Source: an uncultured bacterium (GTDB lineage Bacteria; Planctomycetota; UBA1135). From it: a stretch of DNA of 12,753 nt. The first letter of the stretch is position 1; each line of letters starts with the position of its first letter. The notes under the pieces are model-generated. The model did not search any database. It saw nothing but the letters and a program-made list of their open reading frames with translations, and was not told where the DNA came from. Made by a program: the position numbers and the translations under genes. The DNA is taken from assembly GCA_937919925.1 (NCBI GenBank), contig CALFOT010000102.1, positions 1 to 12,753 on the forward strand. Reading direction: 5' to 3'. Positions 1-7,538 of this stretch are shown here, piece after piece.

Positions 1-71
1 CTCAACGGTTGGCGTTGCAACTCCTACCTGCTGTGCTGGCCCCATGGTTAGCGCGACGATCCCTGTGCGCT

Positions 72-92
72 TCCTTGCCGAAAGCGCAAGGA
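72..92 (+). promoter_or_regulatory. 7-bp inverted repeat (TCCTTGC-cgaaagc-GCAAGGA) in the 5' noncoding leader region; possible end-of-upstream-transcript hairpin or protein binding site
   Basis: Arms 72-78 and 86-92 are exact reverse complements with a 7-nt loop. No T-run follows, so it is not a canonical intrinsic terminator. Confidence 0.25.
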
Positions 93-105
93 GCCTAATC
101 CGGGA

Positions 106-131
106 ATAGTGGGAGGGAGCCATCCCACTAT
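106..131 (+). promoter_or_regulatory. 9-bp perfect inverted repeat ATAGTGGGA-N8-TCCCACTAT about 90-100 bp upstream of the sigma-54 -24 element; candidate enhancer (UAS) for a bacterial enhancer-binding protein
   Basis: Left arm 106-114 and right arm 123-131 are exact reverse complements. The position, about 100 bp upstream of the -24/-12 promoter, is the classical location of NtrC-type activator sites. Confidence 0.35.
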
Positions 132-207
132 GTGAGCCAGCATTTGCGCGGGCCTTTGTGGCTAGCGTCAACTCAAGCTGAAGGCGCCCCAGGTTGGAAC
201 ATCACTT

Positions 208-223
208 TGGCACGCGCCTTGCA
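208..223 (+). promoter_or_regulatory. sigma-54 (RpoN) dependent -24/-12 promoter, perfect consensus TGGCACG-N4-TTGCA
   Basis: TGGCAC at 208-213, spacer gcgcc, TTGCA at 219-223. The GG and GC dinucleotides are exactly 10 nt apart. The predicted TSS near 233-235 is about 20 nt upstream of the ATG at 254. An NtrC-family activator is encoded in the same gene array. Confidence 0.7.
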
Positions 224-253
224 TAACATCCAGAAACCCATGGAACTCTGAAC

Positions 254-805
254 ATGAAACTACTCACTCTTACTGTCTTAATACTCACAGCATCTTGCGC
301 TGCTCCGGAGGTTGAATCCGGTCCTGACACGATTCAACTTCGCTCAGCGATTTCAACCGCTCTTCTTGGTGGTGATGTCACCACGGCCGAAATGGCGGCC
401 CGCGAAGCAGAAAGCACTTTGCCCGGGGATGTTGTGGTTGCATTGCTCGCTGCTGAAGCGCATGCGGCTTCAGGCAACCCAAATGCAGCAATCGCCAGTC
501 TCGACCGCGCCATCATCGTGGCAACTACCGATGAGTTACTCCGACACGCTTATCGCAATCGCGGTTCACTCTATATGCAAGCTGGTCGCCCGACAGAAGC
601 ATTCGATGACCTTCAGCAGGCCTATGAACTCGGTGACACAAGCATGGCGTTACTCCGCGACCTTGGTGCCGCAGCCTATGGCTCCGGCAACTTCCAGGCT
701 GCTCGTGCGGCTTGGGAACAACTTCCCGACAACGATCGCAAGAGTGTCGACACCGTAGTCGGCCCCGGTTTTTTCCTGGAGAAGTCCGTCTCCATCAATC
801 GCTGA
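254..805 (+). CDS. secreted protein or possible lipoprotein with TPR-like repeats (183 aa)
   Basis: The N-terminus MKLLTLTVLILTASC is a classic signal peptide with a Cys at the end of the h-region; the lipobox is imperfect (T at -3). The body is Ala/Leu-rich with repeated helical pairs typical of TPR (e.g. AIASLDRAI...AYRNRGSLYMQAGRPTEAFDDLQQAYELGD). Confidence 0.8.
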   Translation: MKLLTLTVLILTASCAAPEVESGPDTIQLRSAISTALLGGDVTTAEMAAREAESTLPGDVVVALLAAEAHAASGNPNAAIASLDRAIIVATTDELLRHAYRNRGSLYMQAGRPTEAFDDLQQAYELGDTSMALLRDLGAAAYGSGNFQAARAAWEQLPDNDRKSVDTVVGPGFFLEKSVSINR

Positions 806-826
806 TCACCAACTGAGGACCCAACC

Positions 827-1864
827 ATGACCCTTTTTCTTAATCTAATCACCCTGGCTTTACTCGGGCTTCCACAACAAGAAGGCACTCAAGGTGAGAC
901 TGTGCAATCACCGTCAAGCTCGCAACAAGCCGGTGCCAGCCTCGTACTGCCCGACTTCGATCCTGCCGTTTCCTTTAATCAACTTGAACAAGGAATGCGT
1001 CGCTTGGATCCCGTCACAAAAACACTGCGTGATGCCAACGAGACCATTCATCCTCTGGTCGAGGAGTTCAAGATTGACCCCTCTCTGGAAAACCAGGCGA
1101 AACTGGAAACGGCCTTAGCGAAGTTCACCGCCGATCTTTCACGCAAGATACGCAGTGCTCTTGCTGCCCATGAAAAGGTAACCTTCGCATTTCAAGATAT
1201 CGTGCACGGTGTCAAAGGAATGGGGGTATCCCTTGAACTGTACTCTGCTGATCTGAAGCAGCAGGCCGCCACCGAAGAAGAAGCGCTCGCCGAGAGCGTG
1301 AAGCAGCTAGAGGAGGTAGCCGAGGCTTGGGATGTAGCCGAGGATGCTGAAGAAAAGGAGTCCTTGATGGAACAGTTCAAGGAGCTCTATCGGCTGCAAC
1401 AACGGCAAGTCTATCGCGCACGATATTTAGGTGCATTGGCCAATCACTACAAGGATCTTGCCGGCGGCGTGGTGCAACTGGATGGTTCCCTACGCATGGT
1501 GCATGGTCGCGTTGAGGATGCTTATGATCGGCTCGAAGATGCAGGTGAGATGCTTGCATTTGCCGCAGGCTTCCGTCGCGATGCCACCGGAATCGTAGCC
1601 CACTACCAGTCGTTCTTCGGCCAAGGGAACGATTCGGTGCGCAATGTCCTGGAGCGGATTCAAAGTATCGAAGGACGTCTCGAGATCTTCGAAGGCGCGT
1701 CCAGTGTGCTGGACGAAGCTGGTCCATTGATGCCCATGTTGCATGACATGGATCAACTCACCCAAGGCTTGAAAAACAGTGCCGAAACCGCCGACCAAAA
1801 TGAAGTGGTATCAGCCGATAGCTATTGGGAATCAAAAATGCAAAAAACCCTGCAAGGGGAATAG
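827..1864 (+). CDS. secreted acidic alpha-helical/coiled-coil protein of unknown function (345 aa)
   Basis: GAGGA RBS at 815-819, 7 nt before the ATG. The N-terminal hydrophobic signal peptide is MTLFLNLITLALLGLPQQE. The body is Glu/Ala/Leu/Gln-rich with predicted long helices. No recognisable catalytic motif. Confidence 0.8.
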   Translation: MTLFLNLITLALLGLPQQEGTQGETVQSPSSSQQAGASLVLPDFDPAVSFNQLEQGMRRLDPVTKTLRDANETIHPLVEEFKIDPSLENQAKLETALAKFTADLSRKIRSALAAHEKVTFAFQDIVHGVKGMGVSLELYSADLKQQAATEEEALAESVKQLEEVAEAWDVAEDAEEKESLMEQFKELYRLQQRQVYRARYLGALANHYKDLAGGVVQLDGSLRMVHGRVEDAYDRLEDAGEMLAFAAGFRRDATGIVAHYQSFFGQGNDSVRNVLERIQSIEGRLEIFEGASSVLDEAGPLMPMLHDMDQLTQGLKNSAETADQNEVVSADSYWESKMQKTLQGE

Positions 1865-1900
1865 AGAAATAACCCTTTACTAAACAACCATCGAGGAATC

Positions 1901-2464
1901 ATGATGAACACAATCCTACTGTTTTTCCTGGCCGCAATGCCGCAACAGGAATTCGCCTCTGCACAAAGCGCATATGAGCAAGTGCAGCCCACCCCTTCCG
2001 AAACGGTTCAAGTCCTGGTTGAGCGTAACGAGTTCACTCTCGCTCGTGTGACTGAGTTGGAAAGGCGCATAGCTGCCGACGAGACAAAATTGATTGAACT
2101 GGATCGCTTAGAGGTTGAGCGCTATTTGGCACTCAAAGCTCACTTCACGGATAAGGAGCTTGAGAAACGCCTTCAGGCCGAAGCGCGTACTTTCGAACTT
2201 CGCCGCAAGGGAGTCAAGCAGTCCATCGAACTGACCAACATCAACTTAGAAGATGCTCGCAATCGACTTGCTAAGTTGGACGTGGATCTTCGTCTCGCAC
2301 GCATCGAGCAAGGTCTTGTTCAAAACACAGAGCCTGCACCTGGAACGCCAGTGGCGGATCGGCTTGAAGCCCGTTCACGCACCGTTCTTCTGGATCGCGC
2401 AATGGCCGTCGGCAAGTTTGATTTCGTGTCGATTCCGCACTCTTGGGTCACATTGGAATTCTAA
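1901..2464 (+). CDS. secreted coiled-coil protein of unknown function (187 aa)
   Basis: GAGGA at 1893-1897 just upstream of a tandem ATG ATG. The signal peptide is MMNTILLFFLAAMPQQEFASA. Charged heptad-like stretches follow (ELERRIAADETKLIELDRLEVERYL..., LAKLDVDLRLARIEQ). Confidence 0.8.
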   Translation: MMNTILLFFLAAMPQQEFASAQSAYEQVQPTPSETVQVLVERNEFTLARVTELERRIAADETKLIELDRLEVERYLALKAHFTDKELEKRLQAEARTFELRRKGVKQSIELTNINLEDARNRLAKLDVDLRLARIEQGLVQNTEPAPGTPVADRLEARSRTVLLDRAMAVGKFDFVSIPHSWVTLEF

Positions 2465-2476
2465 GGAGTGCGAATC

Positions 2477-3268
2477 ATGCGTTGTGCGGAACCCATTGCG
2501 TGGATTGTCTCAATAGGAGTTCATGCCTGGCTATTGATGCCAGTGCTTGCAGAAACAAGTGGGCAGTCAACATCGGCAGAAGATGTTGCAACTTCGATAG
2601 TAGCAGTGGCGGTTGTCGCCGAACGCCCCCCTTCAAAGGTCGAGGTTGAACCTGAACAGGAGCCGGAGTATTTGGAAGAGGAGATGGCATCACCGGTGGA
2701 GTTGCGCCCCGCTGACGAGCTCGCTGTGTTTGAGGAGGATGGCGATTCTTGGGAGGAGTCACTGGCAGAACCAGAAGGCAGCGGAGAATCGTCACCAGCA
2801 TCAGCAATGGTGTTTTCCGATGATGCCGTGCGAGCGCTGAACTTGGTGCTGGATCTTTCGGATCATGATCTATTCCTTTCTGCTGCTCAGGACTTAGAGA
2901 TACGTTTCCTCATCTATCCGGCTTCTAAGTCTCCCAAGTGGGTACTTGAGTTACATGGCCCTGGTCTTGAATCGGTGGCACAAATAACCCCTGATTCTTT
3001 GGGTCAGCTTTCCCGTCGCGCGCACGATTTGACTCCCGATCGGTTTTTCCGCACAATTCGCAATCGTGCAACACAATCGGCTGGATTTCCCTCAACCGGG
3101 GCTCGTTTGGTTGCTGCAGTACCCGCTGGAACCGACAAGATGTTCCTTGCTGCGGAAAGGAGTTACCTCCAACAAGCTGGGCCTGCAGCAGCTCAAATGA
3201 GAACTCTGCATGGGTGCCTTGTCCGCGACGGCAGCACTTGGCAGTTAGAGATAACGGGGGGGGTGTAG
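2477..3268 (+). CDS. membrane-anchored protein with TonB-like N-terminal SxxxH transmembrane anchor and acidic Glu/Pro-rich spacer (264 aa from ATG 2477; the longest ORF begins at GTG 2468)
   Basis: AGGAG at 2464-2468 is 8 nt before ATG 2477. The GTG at 2468 overlaps the RBS and is unlikely to be the start. The TM segment IAWIVSIGVHAWLLMPVL carries the S-x3-H spacing seen in the TonB anchor. It is followed by the acidic stretch VEVEPEQEPEYLEEEMASPVELRP. I cannot recognise a TonB C-terminal domain. Confidence 0.75.
   Translation: MRCAEPIAWIVSIGVHAWLLMPVLAETSGQSTSAEDVATSIVAVAVVAERPPSKVEVEPEQEPEYLEEEMASPVELRPADELAVFEEDGDSWEESLAEPEGSGESSPASAMVFSDDAVRALNLVLDLSDHDLFLSAAQDLEIRFLIYPASKSPKWVLELHGPGLESVAQITPDSLGQLSRRAHDLTPDRFFRTIRNRATQSAGFPSTGARLVAAVPAGTDKMFLAAERSYLQQAGPAAAQMRTLHGCLVRDGSTWQLEITGGV
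3256..3263 (+). repeat. G8 homopolymeric tract immediately before the stop codon of CDS 2477..3268
   Basis: A direct read gives ...acg ggg ggg gtg tag. The tract lies at the junction of two reading frames that are both open here (the 2477 frame and the 3214/3331 frame). Confidence 0.9.
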
Positions 3269-3330
3269 AATCTGAACCTCTTGGCCTCTTTCCAGCTACC
3301 CACCCCCAATTCCTGTTCTTCGGAGAACCC

Positions 3331-4845
3331 TTGGCTCATCTCTTAGTCGTTGACGATGCTTATCATAAAGTCCGCTCTGGTCTTGATGCGGTATTGGATG
3401 AACACCGGGTCTCTGGTGCCACCGACGGCGCCGCGGCTCTGCAGCTGATTGAATCCGAACCTTCCATCGACGTTGTGCTGCTTGATGTGCGCATGCCTCC
3501 TCTGGTCGGCAAGATTGAAGAAGAAGAAGGGTTGGCGGTATTCGAGAAAATAAAGGAGATTCGACCAGAGTTGCCGGTGATTTTCCTTTCGGCTTACGAC
3601 GATCTCCGCTTAGTGAATCGCGCTTTGACAGCAGGTGGTTTTTGGTATTTGAAGAAGCCACCAGACTTAGAGGAGACTCGAAGTTTAGTGCGCCGGGCAG
3701 TCGAGCTGAGCCTTGCACAGAGGGAATCTACCGAGAGGCGCGCTGCAGCGGAAGCTCGTCTCCAAGTGGTATCGCGTACGGGGATTCGCAGACCTAATAG
3801 TCGGCTGGTTGGTGATTCATTCGTTCTTCGTCAACTCAACTTAGAGTTGGCGATGTTCGCGGCAACGGATGTTCCTGTACTTTTGCTTGGTGAGACAGGT
3901 TGTGGCAAAGAGCTGTGTGCCCATGAACTTCACGATTTGTCTGCTCGTCGAAGTGGCCCTTTTATTGCTGTCAATTGTCACGAGCTTAATCATAGTGAAA
4001 CTGCTCAGTCGAGGTTGTTCGGCCATAGCAAAGGAGCCTTTACCGGTGCTGTTGAAGACACGCAAGGAGCCTTTGAATCGGCTCATGGTGGCACATTGTT
4101 CCTCGATGAAATCGGCGATTTAGATCTTGATATGCAAGGCCGGTTATTGCGCGTACTTCAAGAGCGTGAGGTCGTGCGCATCGGTGCTGGCGAACGCCCT
4201 CGCGCCGTAGATGTGCGCATGGTCTTTGCCACCAATCGGAATCCCGAGGTCCTTGTAAGTGAAGGTATCGTTCGAGAGGATTTCTACTATCGAATTGCAG
4301 TCGGGGTAGTGAGAGCACCGGCGCTTCGTGAGCATCTCGATGATTTGGAGTTGCTGGTGCCGGCTTTGTTGCAAGCTTCTCTTGTCAGGGATCGGATTCC
4401 TGAATGTACCGTAAGTACTGCTGTTTATCCTTTGCTTTGCAACCACAATTGGCCAGGCAACGTGCGTGAGTTAGAGAATGTTTTGAAAAGGGCTGCCGTG
4501 CGAGCAGCCTCTCAAGGTGTCATCTCACCAGAGCACATTGATTTGCCAAGAGATACCGTTGCCTCAGCCACTTCGGCAACAATCTCAGGCGATTTGTTCA
4601 CAGAGATCTTGGGAAATGGGGGGTACTCTGACGGCTTGAAGCGATTCCGAGACGAATACGGAGAAATCGCAATGCGTGAGGTCCTGACCAGAGCGGTACG
4701 TCTCTCGGGTAGCGTGGTGCGCGCCGGTGAACTGCTTGGCTTTGTTCACCCGGACAGCCGAGCGAAGGATTATGAGAACCTTCGAGCTTGGATGAAAACT
4801 CTTGGCTTGCGCAAAAGTGATATCGCAGAAGGAGGTCTCGCGTGA
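3331..4845 (+). CDS. NtrC-family sigma-54-dependent transcriptional activator / response regulator (receiver + AAA+ sigma-54 interaction domain + Fis-type HTH); likely TTG start at 3331, while the ORF-track frame opens at 3214
   Basis: Receiver motifs are present: LLVVDD, phospho-Asp context VVLLDVRMP, and the conserved Lys in WYLKKP. The AAA+ domain has Walker A GETGCGKE, the sigma-54 contact loop GAFTGA, Walker B LFLDEIGDL, and R-finger/sensor regions VRMVFATNRN and EDFYYRI. The C-terminal HTH is ...RAGELLG.... GGAGA at 3320-3324 lies 6 nt before TTG 3331, and the receiver fold begins at MAHLLVVDD. The stop overlaps the next start (GTGA at 4842-4845). Confidence 0.9.
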   Translation: MAHLLVVDDAYHKVRSGLDAVLDEHRVSGATDGAAALQLIESEPSIDVVLLDVRMPPLVGKIEEEEGLAVFEKIKEIRPELPVIFLSAYDDLRLVNRALTAGGFWYLKKPPDLEETRSLVRRAVELSLAQRESTERRAAAEARLQVVSRTGIRRPNSRLVGDSFVLRQLNLELAMFAATDVPVLLLGETGCGKELCAHELHDLSARRSGPFIAVNCHELNHSETAQSRLFGHSKGAFTGAVEDTQGAFESAHGGTLFLDEIGDLDLDMQGRLLRVLQEREVVRIGAGERPRAVDVRMVFATNRNPEVLVSEGIVREDFYYRIAVGVVRAPALREHLDDLELLVPALLQASLVRDRIPECTVSTAVYPLLCNHNWPGNVRELENVLKRAAVRAASQGVISPEHIDLPRDTVASATSATISGDLFTEILGNGGYSDGLKRFRDEYGEIAMREVLTRAVRLSGSVVRAGELLGFVHPDSRAKDYENLRAWMKTLGLRKSDIAEGGLA

Positions 4846-6467
4846 GTGAATTGATTTGCCCGGATTGTGAACAGCAGCTTGATGGCATCATAGATTTCTG
4901 TACGAACTGCGGCGCCAATCTTGAAGAAGTCGACGCCGGCAGCGACGTTTTCTTTGCGGACTCAGATTTTGAGACCACTGCTGAGGAGCCGCCTTCGCTG
5001 GAATCCTCCACTGTCATTTCGATGGAACCGATTGTTGCTCCATCGCCGCCGCCTGTTATCGCGCCACGAGTTGAAATTCCTTCTTCCAACGATGACCCCC
5101 CAAACCTGGTCATGGATACGGGGGTAAGCGCTCGCGTTGGTGAAAATGGTGTCCTCTGGTTCGGATTGGCGAACAATCGAACCTCCCGGATTAATGCTCG
5201 TCTTGCCGTCAATATGGATAAAGGGGCTCGCGAGATGTTTCACCATTTCAATGGGGAGCGCGAGCTGCGCGTTGGGCCATCCGGCGAAGGTACTGCTTCA
5301 GTTTCGTTCCGCGCTCAAGTAGCAGGTGAGTTTCCGCTTTCGGTCCGCCTCTTCGTCGAAGACTACCGTGCAAGCGGGAAGGTTTCATTCTACCAGGTTG
5401 CCGATCACTGTAAGGTTTTCTTCGGTATCTCTAGTCAACAAAGCGGTGGTTCCATCACCGTGCACAACGAAGTTTGTATCGATCGAAACTATGGCGGCGA
5501 TATCAGCATTCGCCCTGAAGCTCTGCGCAGCATTCAGGAGAAAATGGGAGTTAACGAAGGCGCAAACAGAGCTGCTCCCCAGGAGTTGCCGCTGGAGGCG
5601 CCAGAATCTGTGCAGGGTTGGATACAGCACTCTAGAAACGCCATTCGAGGTTCTCATCTCCGCTTGGATGTCATGCGGCTCGATAAGTTGTATCGGCGTT
5701 TCCATATCCTGGTTTGTAACGAACTCTGGTTTGGTCGTAATGATGTCACGCAACTTCCCGGAGGTCGTAGAGGATTCAACACCCTTGCTTTGCGTTGGCT
5801 TCCCTGTCGGTCAAAAGAGCAAGACCCTAAGAGTTTTTCCTTTAATCAGTCCATCAGCCGCCATCATGCCGGCATGTTGCATGCCGATGAAGCTGGCACA
5901 GCTATTAACTGTTGCTCCAGCTCACTTCAGGTAGATACCCATCAACTTGGCAAAGGAGATTCGCAGCAGTTTCATGCTGGATCCGCCTATCGACTCAAGC
6001 TCGGACATCCGGCCCTTGAGTTTGATATCACTCCTTTGACGACTTCGGGAGAGGATCCTTCGCAATGGTTGCGGGATTGGAACCAATTTACAGGTATGAG
6101 TGGAGCGATTGTTCATCCAACGCGTCACGATGCGATTCGAATCGACCGTGTCAATAACTTGGAGCAAGTCAGTTACGTCATGCTCCTGCAGTCTGCATCC
6201 ATTGGCGGTGGGCGCCGAGATGCTTGTTTTGTCAAGGGACTGCCCCCCGCAGTCTTGAGACTCGCGCGTTGTGGATCCAACCTATTCGTCTTGACTGGCC
6301 CAGATTTTGTAAATCAAGGTACTGCTGCTGCCGACGAAAGGTATTGGCGACCAATATGCGCAGGCGATCGGTACGACTCGGGCGAGTGGAGCTACCGGTT
6401 TTCGACATCTTCGGTTTCCGATACCAAAAGAGAAGATGATTTGGTGAGTGCCTTGGAGGACGAATGA
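4842..6467 (+). CDS. N-terminal zinc-ribbon (DZR-type, CxxC-N11-CxxC) protein with a central FHA-like domain (541 aa), GTG start
   Basis: GGAGG at 4831-4835 is 6 nt before GTG 4842. The N-terminus is MSELICPDCEQQLDGIIDFCTNCGANL, followed by a Pro-rich linker. The FHA signature elements are WFGRN...SISRHHAGM...EAGTAINC...LGKGDSQ...YRLKLG. The loop between the first and second FHA elements is longer than usual, so the call is moderate. Confidence 0.6.
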   Translation: MSELICPDCEQQLDGIIDFCTNCGANLEEVDAGSDVFFADSDFETTAEEPPSLESSTVISMEPIVAPSPPPVIAPRVEIPSSNDDPPNLVMDTGVSARVGENGVLWFGLANNRTSRINARLAVNMDKGAREMFHHFNGERELRVGPSGEGTASVSFRAQVAGEFPLSVRLFVEDYRASGKVSFYQVADHCKVFFGISSQQSGGSITVHNEVCIDRNYGGDISIRPEALRSIQEKMGVNEGANRAAPQELPLEAPESVQGWIQHSRNAIRGSHLRLDVMRLDKLYRRFHILVCNELWFGRNDVTQLPGGRRGFNTLALRWLPCRSKEQDPKSFSFNQSISRHHAGMLHADEAGTAINCCSSSLQVDTHQLGKGDSQQFHAGSAYRLKLGHPALEFDITPLTTSGEDPSQWLRDWNQFTGMSGAIVHPTRHDAIRIDRVNNLEQVSYVMLLQSASIGGGRRDACFVKGLPPAVLRLARCGSNLFVLTGPDFVNQGTAAADERYWRPICAGDRYDSGEWSYRFSTSSVSDTKREDDLVSALEDE

Positions 6468-7489
6468 GCCGTTTCGAAGAACGTATTCGCGCTGCCGAGG
6501 AAAGGGCGAAGGGTAGAGTCCAAGCGGCAGCAAACTGTCATTCCGCCTCGCCTGCGGAGCGTGGCACATGGGCTGAGTATCGGGAGCGCATGGACAGCCT
6601 ACGCAAGGAAATCGACAATCGGTTTCAATCGACCGGAAGTTATCAGAGCAAGGAATGCGGCCCTTTAGATCGCATTTTCCTCGAGCGTGCACTTTCCGCC
6701 CTGAAGCATGGCCTCGTTGAATCCTGTTTCTACAACTTAAGGATTCTCGCCCAAAAGGTGGCCCTCGATAGAGGGAGCCAAGACTTGAGCGCCCTGACCA
6801 CTGCTGGTGAGCGAGTACCGACGGTACGCAAAGAGCTTGGCTTGTTCCTTCAGGGCCGGGTTCCATGTGGAATCCTGGTGGCTGATCTTCTCCCAGATTT
6901 GGCGAGTGTTTTTTTGAAAACACTCCCGTTGCTTGAAGGTGCCGTAGTGGGAGGCTTGGCGATGGCGAAGGAGATTCCAGCTTTGGTAGATGCCGTCCTT
7001 TCGGGCATCGCAAGAGAAGCTGATAGTCTGCGCTCTCAGCGATTATCCTTATTCGCTCTTGTGCGTCGAGCATTGGAGATTGAAGGGCCAAGACTTCAAG
7101 AAGCGGACATGGATGTAAGCGTTGAAAACGAAGTGGAAGACGATCGCATTCATGCTGATGAACCACGTCTTCTCGATACTATCGTTGAGTTGTTAAGAAA
7201 CGCCGCAGTTCATCGAGAAGGAAGTGGTCGCGGGAAGGTGGTCATTAACTTGAGGCCGCGCGAGAACTATATTCACCTTGTGGTCTCAAGTCGACCTGCT
7301 CTTCCACCCCTCATCCCTCTTAATCGACTTTTCGAGACCGGAGTCTCGCGGAGGGAAGGTGGGGGCGATGGGCTTGCAACCGTCCAGCGCACCTTGACTT
7401 CCCATGGTGGCAGGGCGGAGCTTCAGTTTTCTTGTGGCAGTGGCACCTTCGACGTTTGCCTAGCCTTGCCTACCCGGCTTCCGGTTTAG
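6464..7489 (+). CDS. atypical histidine-kinase-like ATPase (GHKL/HATPase_c at C-terminus; no clear H-box; degenerate G1 box) (341 aa)
   Basis: ATGA overlap with the upstream stop (6464-6467). The N-box is LLDTIVELLRNAAVH, the F-box is LFETGVSRR, and the G2 box is GGGDGLATVQRTLTSHGG, with the typical HK ending GSGTFDVCLALP. The expected G1 position reads VVSSRPALPP instead of DxGxG. The N-terminal 230 aa are helical; H26 is the only weak H-box candidate. Confidence 0.65.
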   Translation: MSRFEERIRAAEERAKGRVQAAANCHSASPAERGTWAEYRERMDSLRKEIDNRFQSTGSYQSKECGPLDRIFLERALSALKHGLVESCFYNLRILAQKVALDRGSQDLSALTTAGERVPTVRKELGLFLQGRVPCGILVADLLPDLASVFLKTLPLLEGAVVGGLAMAKEIPALVDAVLSGIAREADSLRSQRLSLFALVRRALEIEGPRLQEADMDVSVENEVEDDRIHADEPRLLDTIVELLRNAAVHREGSGRGKVVINLRPRENYIHLVVSSRPALPPLIPLNRLFETGVSRREGGGDGLATVQRTLTSHGGRAELQFSCGSGTFDVCLALPTRLPV

Positions 7490-7498
7490 CCAAGCCGG
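7474..7498 (+). terminator. GC-rich 7-bp hairpin (CCGGCTT-N11-AAGCCGG) spanning the stop codon of CDS 6464..7489; possible weak or partial terminator or mRNA-stability element without a U-tract
   Basis: Arms 7474-7480 and 7492-7498 are exact reverse complements. It is followed by cccaggaatcgggg rather than a T-run. Confidence 0.2.
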
Positions 7499-7538
7499 CC
7501 CAGGAATCGGGGATAAATGAATCACATTTGGTGAGTTC

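Noticed and set aside
240-251. 3-codon uORF ATG GAA CTC TGA in the leader of the first gene
   Set aside because: Too short to evaluate. It is most likely chance within the 20-nt 5'UTR, and there is no evidence for leader-peptide attenuation.
2468-2476. GTG 2468 as start of the TonB-like anchor protein
   Set aside because: The GTG overlaps the AGGAG Shine-Dalgarno itself. ATG 2477 is 8 nt downstream of the SD and is the plausible start.
3214-3330. ATG at 3214 as start of the sigma-54 activator (as in the ORF track)
   Set aside because: That start lies inside the upstream gene and gives a 39-aa N-terminal extension with no receiver homology. A GGAGA RBS sits 6 nt before TTG 3331, where the receiver fold (MAHLLVVDD) begins. 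The open frame is kept in mind only for the G8-tract fusion scenario.
312-5934. Nested same-strand alternative-frame ORFs (312..758, 894..1118, 2253..2516, 5326..5934 etc.)
   Set aside because: They overlap frames with clear domain content and have no RBS or motif support. This is typical out-of-frame noise.
6239-6258. Hairpin GACTGC-CCCC-GCAGTC inside the FHA-protein gene
   Set aside because: It is a short stem within coding sequence. It is fully explained by the codons (GLPPAVL) and is not positioned like a regulatory element.
7441-7459. TGGCAC at 7441-7446 followed by TTGC at 7456-7459
   Set aside because: The spacer is 9 nt instead of 5, incompatible with a -24/-12 promoter. It also lies inside coding sequence (G2-box region of the kinase-like gene).
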